A stretch of 64,000 nucleotides of DNA from an uncultured Gammaproteobacteria bacterium (lineage in GTDB: Bacteria > Patescibacteriota > Patescibacteriia > S139-126). The notes beneath the pieces were generated by a model, which saw nothing but the letters and a program-made list of their open reading frames with translations, made no database searches and was not told the DNA's origin. Each line of letters starts with the position of its first letter. Position 1 is the stretch's first letter. A program made the translations under genes and the position numbers. The stretch is from positions 519,646 through 583,645 of the forward strand of contig CAZUKA010000001.1 in NCBI GenBank assembly GCA_964620905.1, written 5' to 3'. Below are positions 1 to 7,961 of this stretch, piece by piece.

Positions 1-7
1 CAATCGC

Positions 8-205
8 ATGAGTAGCGGAATTGCTTTGGATGCTATGTGGGCAGCAGTAGTATTGATAATTTTTATCTTTATTGAAATTAAAAATATCAGAGTTAAACAT
101 TTTTGGGTACCGATTGTGGGTATTTTTTTAATTGGTTTGTCTTTTGCTTTTCCTTTTTATCTATATTTACGAGCCTTAGCAAAAGAAAAAAACCTCGCTA
201 GTTAG
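8..205 (+). CDS. DUF2834-like small membrane protein (probably 5'-truncated by window edge)
   Basis: Hydrophobic ORF with the 'GLSFAFPFYLYLR' C-terminal motif typical of DUF2834; ends in a bidirectional hairpin. Confidence 0.55.
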   Translation: MSSGIALDAMWAAVVLIIFIFIEIKNIRVKHFWVPIVGIFLIGLSFAFPFYLYLRALAKEKNLAS

Positions 206-214
206 CGAGGTTTT
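189..214. terminator. Bidirectional intrinsic terminator between convergent genes
   Basis: AAAACCTCGCTA-GT-TAGCGAGGTTTT hairpin with A/T tails. Confidence 0.75.
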
Positions 215-218
215 AAAT

Positions 219-1145
219 TTATTCAACTTGAGCACAATCTGCTTGAAAATCTTCCGGAAAATTGTATTCAATCAATAAATCACAAGGGATAATACCATTG
301 CCATCAAAAACCAACTGCCACTCATCATCAACTAGGGCTGCAAAAAATATTCCGCCCTCGCCAGGTTCATCTGCTATACCAAACTTTACACTTCCTCGCA
401 TATGAGTGGGTGTGCTGGTGGTAATATTGATACTTATTTCATCCAAATTCCGCTCATACTTCTGAGCAAATTTTTCCTTGATTGCTTGATTGATGGCTAA
501 ATTGTCAGTTAAGTTGGGATTAAAATAACCACAAGAAAGCTCAATATTCAAATCATCACCCACTGGTTGTAATGAACCGTCAGCTTTTTCTTCAAGTTCT
601 GCGTGACGAAAATCATAAAGACATACCATATAATTGAAATAATATCCTCGCTGCCCGCCTTCGAAACCATCAGCTAAATTGTAGGAGTCACCCGGTGATA
701 AATTATTCAAAAAATTTTCTACTGCCAAAACACCATTCATGGTCAAATTTTCTGCCTGGTAAGATAATCCATCGATACTGACATCCACTTGGCTCTGTTC
801 ATCACCAACTATCCAGTTGAAAGATTTATTTACAGGCCCACTAAACACAATGCCCATATTTTGATTTATCACTCGCACTAAATTGGACACCACATCAGGA
901 CAAAATTCTTCAAAAAGACGTTGACATTTTTGACTTGATTCACACCAGCTATAACCAGCCGAGTTTAAACAGCCATACTCATCACGGTCAGCTCCTAGTA
1001 GCGGCACTGTTTGATCAGAAGAAGTTTCTGCCGGAGGGGGTAATTGTTTTTGATCCCAAATACGCAAAGCCCAAATGCCACCACCAACTATCAACATAGC
1101 CAGCAATATTATCATAATAATAGGAAATATCTTATAACGATTCAT
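219..1145 (-). CDS. Membrane-anchored extracellular protein with Cys-rich 'GxDxDxxGCxxSAGYSWC' module
   Basis: N-terminal TM helix; GADRDEYGCLNSAGYSWCESSQKC motif; C-terminal 'WQLVFDGNG..PC' domain. Confidence 0.7.
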   Translation of the reverse strand: MNRYKIFPIIMIILLAMLIVGGGIWALRIWDQKQLPPPAETSSDQTVPLLGADRDEYGCLNSAGYSWCESSQKCQRLFEEFCPDVVSNLVRVINQNMGIVFSGPVNKSFNWIVGDEQSQVDVSIDGLSYQAENLTMNGVLAVENFLNNLSPGDSYNLADGFEGGQRGYYFNYMVCLYDFRHAELEEKADGSLQPVGDDLNIELSCGYFNPNLTDNLAINQAIKEKFAQKYERNLDEISINITTSTPTHMRGSVKFGIADEPGEGGIFFAALVDDEWQLVFDGNGIIPCDLLIEYNFPEDFQADCAQVE

Positions 1146-1190
1146 AATATATAAATGAATGATTAGTATCAGTATTTATTATAACTCAAT

Positions 1191-2384
1191 TCAACCAAAC
1201 ATCAACGCTGCGGGTTTAAATATTAAAAGTAATCCAATTATCAACATCAGTATTCCTCCAATTAAATGCGAATAGCGGGAATATTTACTAGTTAAACCAG
1301 TAATTTGTAAAGTGGTCATCGCAATAAAAAAAACCAACAAATCATCTAGCATAAATACAAAAATATAAAGCAAAATATATAAATAATACTGCCACTGGTC
1401 CAAATTGTTTAGAGCAAGTACTTGCGTATAAACAGCAGGTAGTCCGGCTGAACAAATAAGCTCCACTAAATTGACAGCCATTGCCAGTAGGATTATCCCG
1501 CCCAAGGCCAAATAAAAACTGTTTTGCTGGGTTATTTCTTTTAATCGGCCAAAAATTTGTTGTCTCTTTGTAGAACCGGTTACCTTACATGCACCGGTTG
1601 GATTGGTAAAATATTCTTTCAAGTTATAACCACCACCAAACAAAGCCAAAAGTCCTATCAATACCCTCACCCAAACGATAAATCCAAGAAAAATTATTAA
1701 ATTGAGCCAAGCGGCCATAAACAAAAAATAAACCAGGGCTGAAGCTACAATAAATGCACTACCCAAAATCCACATCCGTTTTTTGTCTTTCATCCCCAAA
1801 AGTAAGCTGATCAAAAACAACAGCACCCACATGGCGCAAGGATTAAAACCATCCAGTGCTCCTAAAATAATAGTGAGTATTGGCAGGGAAAAATTTTTTA
1901 TTTCAATTTCACCTAGCCAGGGTACTTTGATTTTATCAGAATCAACTGATACAGCGACTGAATCTGAAATATCATTTGGCTCTGCTTGGGCAATGCCTAA
2001 AATTTCACCAGTTTTATCCGAACAACCTAGTTGTAAACACGCATCAACCCGGCGCTCAATCTCATCAGGCGTGATAGTTTCACTAAAACCCACCAACGGT
2101 TGATCGCCAATAATAGTAATCGGCACACCTTGAATAGAAAAACCTAAAGACTGACCGATAGCTTGCAGTGATTTTTGATTGTCTTGATTGTAATAGACTT
2201 CATAATCATAAAGTGTCAAGGCCGAATTTTCTTTAACAAATTTCTCCAAAAATGATTTCTCTTTGGCACAATGTGGGCACCCCTGCCCCCAGAAAAAATA
2301 TATATTGGTTGTATTGGCCAAAATTCTAGCTGGAGTCAAAGACAAGAATAAAAATACAAATAAACCAAAAACAAATTTTTTCAT
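1191..2384 (-). CDS. Glutaredoxin/thioredoxin-fold domain fused to a DsbD/CcdA-like membrane domain
   Basis: Signal peptide, CPHC motif, 'DGFNPCAMW' and 'ELICSAG' membrane Cys motifs. Confidence 0.8.
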   Translation of the reverse strand: MKKFVFGLFVFLFLSLTPARILANTTNIYFFWGQGCPHCAKEKSFLEKFVKENSALTLYDYEVYYNQDNQKSLQAIGQSLGFSIQGVPITIIGDQPLVGFSETITPDEIERRVDACLQLGCSDKTGEILGIAQAEPNDISDSVAVSVDSDKIKVPWLGEIEIKNFSLPILTIILGALDGFNPCAMWVLLFLISLLLGMKDKKRMWILGSAFIVASALVYFLFMAAWLNLIIFLGFIVWVRVLIGLLALFGGGYNLKEYFTNPTGACKVTGSTKRQQIFGRLKEITQQNSFYLALGGIILLAMAVNLVELICSAGLPAVYTQVLALNNLDQWQYYLYILLYIFVFMLDDLLVFFIAMTTLQITGLTSKYSRYSHLIGGILMLIIGLLLIFKPAALMFG

Positions 2385-2426
2385 AAAGATTAATTTAGTA
2401 ATATTTAATTATACAACAAAATAAAA

Positions 2427-2449
2427 GAGTCGTCTTTAACAGACGACTC
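2427..2449 (-). terminator. Intrinsic terminator of the 2492-3298 cassette
   Basis: GAGTCGTCT-TTAAC-AGACGACTC hairpin with T-run on the minus strand. Confidence 0.7.
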
Positions 2450-2491
2450 GAATTTTTACCTCCTTTCTTTTTGAAAGTTGGAAAATATTTT

Positions 2492-3298
2492 TTATTGGAA
2501 ATAGATCCAAAAGTAAATTTTGACTATTTTTTTTGAAGTATCATAACCTGCTCCAATCAAACCCTTAAAGTAAGATGCCATGAAATCTTTAGTTAAGCCA
2601 ACTTCAACTCTTTCAGGATTCTTTTCTCGATAATCATAGATAGAGGCAAAATAAAGATCTACTGGTCCATTGATAGACAAAAAATTTGTCAGAAGCGAAT
2701 CTGATTCAAAAAAAGTCATAAATTTAAAAAAAGAATGACCAACAATTTCCCCGGCTACTCCATGTTGGAACTTATTGTAAAAAGTCCCCAATCTTATTTC
2801 AAAATTTTCATTTTTGAAGCCCATTCCCAAATTGGCTTCGCCCACTTGTTTTTGAGAATAAGTATAACCAATACCAACTGATAAGTTATTTCCATTTAAG
2901 GAAACATCAATACCGGGGACTACACCTGGGATTTTGCCATATGGAAATGGCTCAAAATGCGAGGCAGGACTTATAGGGGTGGGCCTGATCAGAGTAATTT
3001 GTCTCGGAATGAGACCAATTTTTGTTTTTAATCCGCAACTATTATTTTCAAACCAAAAGCTACCAAAGTACTGTTCCGGGTTTGAATACCGCACACGATA
3101 AATAAAAAAATTTTCTGAGCTGATAGAATATTTGGTTTCTAAACCAAACATGTAATCAAAATCATTGATTACATTTATTTTCTCGTCTATATTACCAGTA
3201 TAAAGGATACCGGCATATTTTTTAGTAATTTCCAAATCCTGACCAAAAATTACTACTGGAGAGTAGACAACCAACAACAAGAATAACAGGGATTTCAT
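2492..3298 (-). CDS. Secreted hypothetical protein, beta-strand-rich (beta-barrel-like)
   Basis: Signal peptide; alternating aromatic/Gly strands; aromatic C-terminus YFWIYFQ; own promoter and SD. Confidence 0.55.
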   Translation of the reverse strand: MKSLLFLLLVVYSPVVIFGQDLEITKKYAGILYTGNIDEKINVINDFDYMFGLETKYSISSENFFIYRVRYSNPEQYFGSFWFENNSCGLKTKIGLIPRQITLIRPTPISPASHFEPFPYGKIPGVVPGIDVSLNGNNLSVGIGYTYSQKQVGEANLGMGFKNENFEIRLGTFYNKFQHGVAGEIVGHSFFKFMTFFESDSLLTNFLSINGPVDLYFASIYDYREKNPERVEVGLTKDFMASYFKGLIGAGYDTSKKIVKIYFWIYFQ

Positions 3299-3376
3299 TT
3301 TTTCTTCCTTTTTTTGATGAATATTTATTTAATTTTCAATGACCAAATTTATAGATAATTTTATCTATAACCGATC

Positions 3377-3405
3377 AGTATAGCACATTTTTTGGATTTT
3401 GTCAA
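3377..3405 (-). promoter_or_regulatory. Sigma70 promoter TTGACA-N17-TATACT (extended -10)
   Basis: Minus strand ttgaca aaatccaaaaaatgtgc tatact; 27 bp identical to 7068-7094. Confidence 0.75.
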
Positions 3406-3454
3406 TAATAAAAATCGTCACTTAAGACGATTTTAGAAAATACTACTTCAATTA

Positions 3455-4933
3455 CTATTTTTTCAAAATCCTTACTATTCCTTTATTAGCATCAACCTCT
3501 ACTCTATCACCATCTTTCAATACTTGAGTGGCAATTTTTGTGCCGATAATGCAGGGTTTATTCATTTCCCTAGATACGATTGAGGCGTGAGAAGTTATAC
3601 CTCCCTCGTTGGTTACAAAAGCTAATGCTACTTCCATCAAAGGCACAAAATCAACAGAAGTCATAGGCGCCACCAAAATATCTCCTTGTTTGAATTTACT
3701 AAAATCTTTTTTATTTATTATTACTTTTACACTACCTAAAACTTTACCTGGGTTGGCAATCGTACCTTGTAGAAACCTAGTTGATTTAACTTTATTTTTT
3801 TTAATATATAATTTATTAATTTCTCTAATAAACGGTTTTAATTCTGACTCATTTAATAAATGGTATCTTGTGTTATTATTAGCAGCAATAACACCTCGCC
3901 AGATATTGGTTGTATATTCCAATACACTATCATCATTATCATAATAAAGATGACCAATCTCGTCCGGAGTCAGTTTCAACAACAATTTCCAATCTTCTAA
4001 ACCATAATCTTTGGCTATATGATGATATAAATAACGCAAAGACAAACTAGCCCGACTAAAAATATTTTTTCGGTATTCATTTAAATAAGTGCCTATTTGT
4101 AAGGCTTTGGCTTGTATAGATATTTCTTGATTATCTATATCTCTCAATAACCTTTTTCTTTTAATTAATTTCTGTCTATGAGACTTGATTAAATCATCAA
4201 TCTGATGAGCACAATCATGATGTAAAACCTGCTTTAATTGATTTATAATATCTTTTATAAACCAAGGATCTTCATTAAAATTAACTGGAATAACTTGGTA
4301 CATATTTAAATGCTTCCTTATCATTGAATTAAATTTTTTATTATTTTCTAATTGATTTATTTTTAGTCTATTCTGCTGTATATATTTACCTAGTCTTAGA
4401 ATAGATAATTGAGAATTAAATAAAGGTGTGTGTTGGTTTGGGTAAGTTATATTTCCTATCAATAAATCTATTTCACTGATCGATTTTTGTTGGTATAAAT
4501 TCTTTAAATTTTTATAAATTTTTTCATGTATTCGTCTACCTATGGCTGTTGTCAAATATAAACCTGGGGTTAAATGCTTATAAGCTTCCACAAAACTAAA
4601 ATAAGAATCCTTACTAAAATCTTTTTGTAAAACTTTACTAGCTGCCAATAGATTAGCACCATGCTTATAATAAATCTTTATTAATCTATTGATCCATTTT
4701 TGTGAAGAACAATTTTTTTCTATCTGTTTATTGTAATTTTGAGTATCTAAAACATGATCAAATATGCTACCTTCTTTACCTTTTTTATTTATAAAAACTG
4801 TCCTTCTTGCTAATATGTTAAATTTTTTTAAATAAACTTCATCAATATCAGCAACAACATCCAATACAGAATGAAAAAATGAAACATTCCTAGTAACTGA
4901 TATATTCCAATTAGATTTTTTAAATTTGATCAT
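3455..4933 (-). CDS. PEP-utilising enzyme mobile (phospho-His swivel) domain protein with long helical N-terminus
   Basis: C-terminal GGITSHASIVSRE...KPCIIGTKIATQVLKDGD motif; no ATP-grasp recognised. Confidence 0.85.
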   Translation of the reverse strand: MIKFKKSNWNISVTRNVSFFHSVLDVVADIDEVYLKKFNILARRTVFINKKGKEGSIFDHVLDTQNYNKQIEKNCSSQKWINRLIKIYYKHGANLLAASKVLQKDFSKDSYFSFVEAYKHLTPGLYLTTAIGRRIHEKIYKNLKNLYQQKSISEIDLLIGNITYPNQHTPLFNSQLSILRLGKYIQQNRLKINQLENNKKFNSMIRKHLNMYQVIPVNFNEDPWFIKDIINQLKQVLHHDCAHQIDDLIKSHRQKLIKRKRLLRDIDNQEISIQAKALQIGTYLNEYRKNIFSRASLSLRYLYHHIAKDYGLEDWKLLLKLTPDEIGHLYYDNDDSVLEYTTNIWRGVIAANNNTRYHLLNESELKPFIREINKLYIKKNKVKSTRFLQGTIANPGKVLGSVKVIINKKDFSKFKQGDILVAPMTSVDFVPLMEVALAFVTNEGGITSHASIVSREMNKPCIIGTKIATQVLKDGDRVEVDANKGIVRILKK

Positions 4934-4941
4934 TTATTTTA

Positions 4942-6414
4942 TTATTTCTTTAAAATCCTCACTACTCCTTTATTAGCATCGACTTCCACCAAATCGCCAT
5001 CCTTTAAAACCTGGGTGGCGATTTTTGTCCCAATGATACAGGGTTTTTTCATTTCCCTCGAAACAATGGCTGCGTGACATAATATACCTCCTTCATCGGT
5101 TATAAAACTTGATGCTTTTTCCATAGCTGGAACAAAGTCAGGTGTAGTCATACTGGTTACTAAAATATTTCCTTTTTTTACCTTTTTTAAATCTTTTGTA
5201 GTATTTACAATCCGAGCTATTCCTTTGACTTTTCCTAGATAAGCAGTTGTCCCTATAATAATCTCAGTTTTGTTGATTATTTCTCTTTCTTTAAATTTAT
5301 TTACTGCTAACTGTCCACTATAAATTTTTAGTTTCCCTTTTTTTAATATTAAAACGCTATTTAAAATTCTTTTTTTAATAATATTTTTTGCCTGAAGTAT
5401 TGAAATTTTATTATTTAATAATAAATTAATTTCTATTGGTGTCAGGTATAAAAACTTTTTTGCTTTAATATTAAATTTTTTTTCCAGATCAATAAACAAT
5501 GGCCATACTTTATACAAAGAAATAAACAATACATCTAATCGATAAGTCCTTAAATAAACAAATTCTCTGGTAATTTCAATCAATTTTATTTCAGCACTGT
5601 TTAATTGCAATTTTCTAATTGCTTTTTTATATTTTAATTCTGTTTGCTTTTCAGAGATGATGATGTCATTCTTTTCTTGTTGACCATCTCTTTTTATTTG
5701 TTTAGATAATCTGACAATCAAATCTTTTTGCGACCAAAAATTACCTTTAAAGTTATGGTCGCCAAGCCATGCCCATCTGTTTAAATGGCTGTTTATTAAA
5801 TTTGATAAGTCAGATTTATTTTTACCAAGAATATTGTATAATTTGAATTCTTTTTTAAATTTTTTATTATTTTTAATTTTTTGTGCCAAATTTAAAAATT
5901 CAATTTTTTCTTGTTGAACTGCACTACGTTTTTTTGCAGAGGTAAATAAAAGATAAACTTCTTGATACTTATTATGATTCTTTTTAAAATCAATTTTGGA
6001 TGAAACTATCTCATTGATTTTATTAGTTAAATATTTTTCTATGACTAAAGGCAAGTGTAGGTATGCCATGATTTTGTATAATCCCGACAAATAAATATCT
6101 AACTGTTGACCAATATCTTGGTTAATTAATTTTGTTTTGGAAAAATTGTCACTAAGTAAAATAAAATTATAAATATCCTGATAGCACTTATCAATAATTT
6201 TTTTAAAATAATTTGGATCTTTTTCTAACTTTTTGTTCAACCTTTTTCCCAATAATTCATAGGCATTGGTTATAAAATTGTCTCCATTTACAATTTTATA
6301 ATCAACAATTGTATAATCAATACCTATCTTATTATAAATTCTAGATCCACCCAACAATTTTGTGGCATCCATAAAAATTGAATTATTTCTTGATAATGTT
6401 TTTTGCCATTTCAT
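4942..6414 (-). CDS. PEP-utilising enzyme mobile domain protein, paralogue of 3455-4933
   Basis: C-terminal MTTPDFVPAM...GGILCHAAIVSRE motif. Confidence 0.85.
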   Translation of the reverse strand: MKWQKTLSRNNSIFMDATKLLGGSRIYNKIGIDYTIVDYKIVNGDNFITNAYELLGKRLNKKLEKDPNYFKKIIDKCYQDIYNFILLSDNFSKTKLINQDIGQQLDIYLSGLYKIMAYLHLPLVIEKYLTNKINEIVSSKIDFKKNHNKYQEVYLLFTSAKKRSAVQQEKIEFLNLAQKIKNNKKFKKEFKLYNILGKNKSDLSNLINSHLNRWAWLGDHNFKGNFWSQKDLIVRLSKQIKRDGQQEKNDIIISEKQTELKYKKAIRKLQLNSAEIKLIEITREFVYLRTYRLDVLFISLYKVWPLFIDLEKKFNIKAKKFLYLTPIEINLLLNNKISILQAKNIIKKRILNSVLILKKGKLKIYSGQLAVNKFKEREIINKTEIIIGTTAYLGKVKGIARIVNTTKDLKKVKKGNILVTSMTTPDFVPAMEKASSFITDEGGILCHAAIVSREMKKPCIIGTKIATQVLKDGDLVEVDANKGVVRILKK

Positions 6415-6500
6415 ATAAAAAATATACTATTTTATTAATAATCTGTCGAATAAAAAAGCCGAACTTATTTGTTCGGCTTAAAAAAATTAATTAGTTGGTA

Positions 6501-7004
6501 CTAAACAGTACCCTTTTCAGCAACTCCAGTTGCTACGACTTCTTCAATACTGATAATTTCATTTTCTTCAATAATTACTTTGTATACGGCAGCTGATTTG
6601 GCATCAGCAAAGCCTAACATGATCATTGATGGTCTGCCAGCGCAGACAACGAAATTATCAGGTAGCGAAGCTACCAATGTTTTTGCAGCAGAAGAAGTAT
6701 CATCTAAGGAAGTATATTTATCTGGATCAACGGCAATTCCGCTGGTTAAAAGAATAACCTTTTTTTCATCAATTACTTCCAAAGAATTACCATCCCCAAT
6801 AGTACTAGAATAACGAGTTGGCTCAAGTTCAAGTGCCAATGCAACATCAATATGACGTTTCCCGGTACCAGATAAAACTATGGAGGGATTTTTTGGAACT
6901 AAATTTTTTAAAGCATTTACTTCTATAAAACCTTCTGGTGTCATTCCTGGATCAGGAATATTAGAAAGTTTCCTTCCATGAGTAACAATATAACCGGTTT
7001 TCAC
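6501..7004 (-). CDS. Histidine-phosphatase-fold-like protein (degenerate motifs)
   Basis: N-terminal YIVTHG in the RHG position, then 'GMTPEG' and 'SGTGKRH' segments; GTG start with GGAG SD. Confidence 0.5.
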   Translation of the reverse strand: MKTGYIVTHGRKLSNIPDPGMTPEGFIEVNALKNLVPKNPSIVLSGTGKRHIDVALALELEPTRYSSTIGDGNSLEVIDEKKVILLTSGIAVDPDKYTSLDDTSSAAKTLVASLPDNFVVCAGRPSMIMLGFADAKSAAVYKVIIEENEIISIEEVVATGVAEKGTV

Positions 7005-7064
7005 TACTAACTCCTATAATTTATTTATGATTATTTATTTAATTGTTCATTTACCAAACATATT

Positions 7065-7093
7065 ATGATAGCACATTTTTTGGATTTTGTCAA
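7065..7093 (-). promoter_or_regulatory. Sigma70 promoter TTGACA-N17-TATCAT (extended -10)
   Basis: Second copy of the promoter at 3377-3405. Confidence 0.75.
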
Positions 7094-7162
7094 TCCTTTT
7101 GAAAAACAACCAAAATTAAAAAACAACGGATTTTTAGCCGTTGTTTTTACTAAAATATATTA

Positions 7163-7621
7163 TTACTTCTTTACTTTCTTTTTAGCCACTTTTTTAGATT
7201 TGGTCACTGGTAATTCCTTTACTATTTTTTTAACTTTGGGAATAGCAACTATTGGTTGCGGTTGATTGCTTAACTCAACTACTTTAATCAGTCGTTCCAT
7301 TTTCTCATTTAACAACACCAACTGCTTTTTTACTTCATCATTTGACCCACTACTGACAGCTGGTTTATTGGAAAAGCTTTTTTGAGCAAACCTATATCCC
7401 CCGCGATTGTCGCCACCACTTTTTTTACTGGCAAAACAATTATCACAATAAACTGGTTTATCACCACTGGGGCGAAAAGGTACTTGGCATGTTTTACCAC
7501 ATTGATCGCAAACGGCCTGATGCATAGAAACCGGACCACGGTCTCTTCCTCGTCTATCATCACGACCTCTAAAACCTCCTCCGCCAAAACGTTTCCCGCC
7601 ACCTCTTTTAAAATCTCCCAT
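7163..7621 (-). CDS. CxxC-x17-CxxC domain-containing protein
   Basis: MHQAVCDQCGKTCQVPFRPSGDKPVYCDNCF motif; RG-rich N-terminus; Lys-rich tail. Confidence 0.85.
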   Translation of the reverse strand: MGDFKRGGGKRFGGGGFRGRDDRRGRDRGPVSMHQAVCDQCGKTCQVPFRPSGDKPVYCDNCFASKKSGGDNRGGYRFAQKSFSNKPAVSSGSNDEVKKQLVLLNEKMERLIKVVELSNQPQPIVAIPKVKKIVKELPVTKSKKVAKKKVKK

Positions 7622-7749
7622 AAATTAATGTTAATTATTATAGTATATTGAGTATGCGCGTATTTTTTATAAAAAGCAATGATTAATTCTACTACATATG
7701 TTGACGGTTTTATATAAAAATAGTAGCATATTTATATTGTTCATTTATT

Positions 7750-7859
7750 ATATTATTCCGCAGGTTTCTTCAGTCGGTAGAGGTCAGGTTGGACTGGATG
7801 TCCAAACTGACGGCTGTGTCAGCCAGTTGCTCACTGATATGAAGTTGCCTCGCGGTAAT
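7750..7859 (+). repeat. Structured tRNA-Asn-derived inverted-repeat element upstream of tRNA-Asn
   Basis: Direct matches to the tRNA 5' region (7750-7761 = 7879-7890; 7770-7782 = 7897-7909) and a 13-nt reverse complement (7820-7832 vs 7907-7919); can fold as a long stem with two apical hairpins. Confidence 0.6.
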
Positions 7860-7885
7860 TTGTTCTTTGCTTATTTTAATATTAT

Positions 7886-7961
7886 TCCGCGGTAGCTCAG
7901 TCGGTAGAGCAACTGGCTGTTAACCAGTGGGTCGTCGGTTCGAGTCCGACCCGCGGAGCCA
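7886..7961 (+). tRNA. tRNA-Asn (GTT)
   Basis: Cloverleaf: acceptor TCCGCGG/CCGCGGA, anticodon arm ACTGG-CT-GTT-AA-CCAGT, T loop TTCGAGT, encoded CCA. Confidence 0.97.

Noticed and set aside
7750-7859. Identification as SRP RNA, 6S RNA or hammerhead ribozyme
   Set aside because: It lacks the SRP GNRA/AGCAG motif, is too short for 6S, and has no complete CUGANGA...GAAA core with stem II. The similarity is to the neighbouring tRNA.
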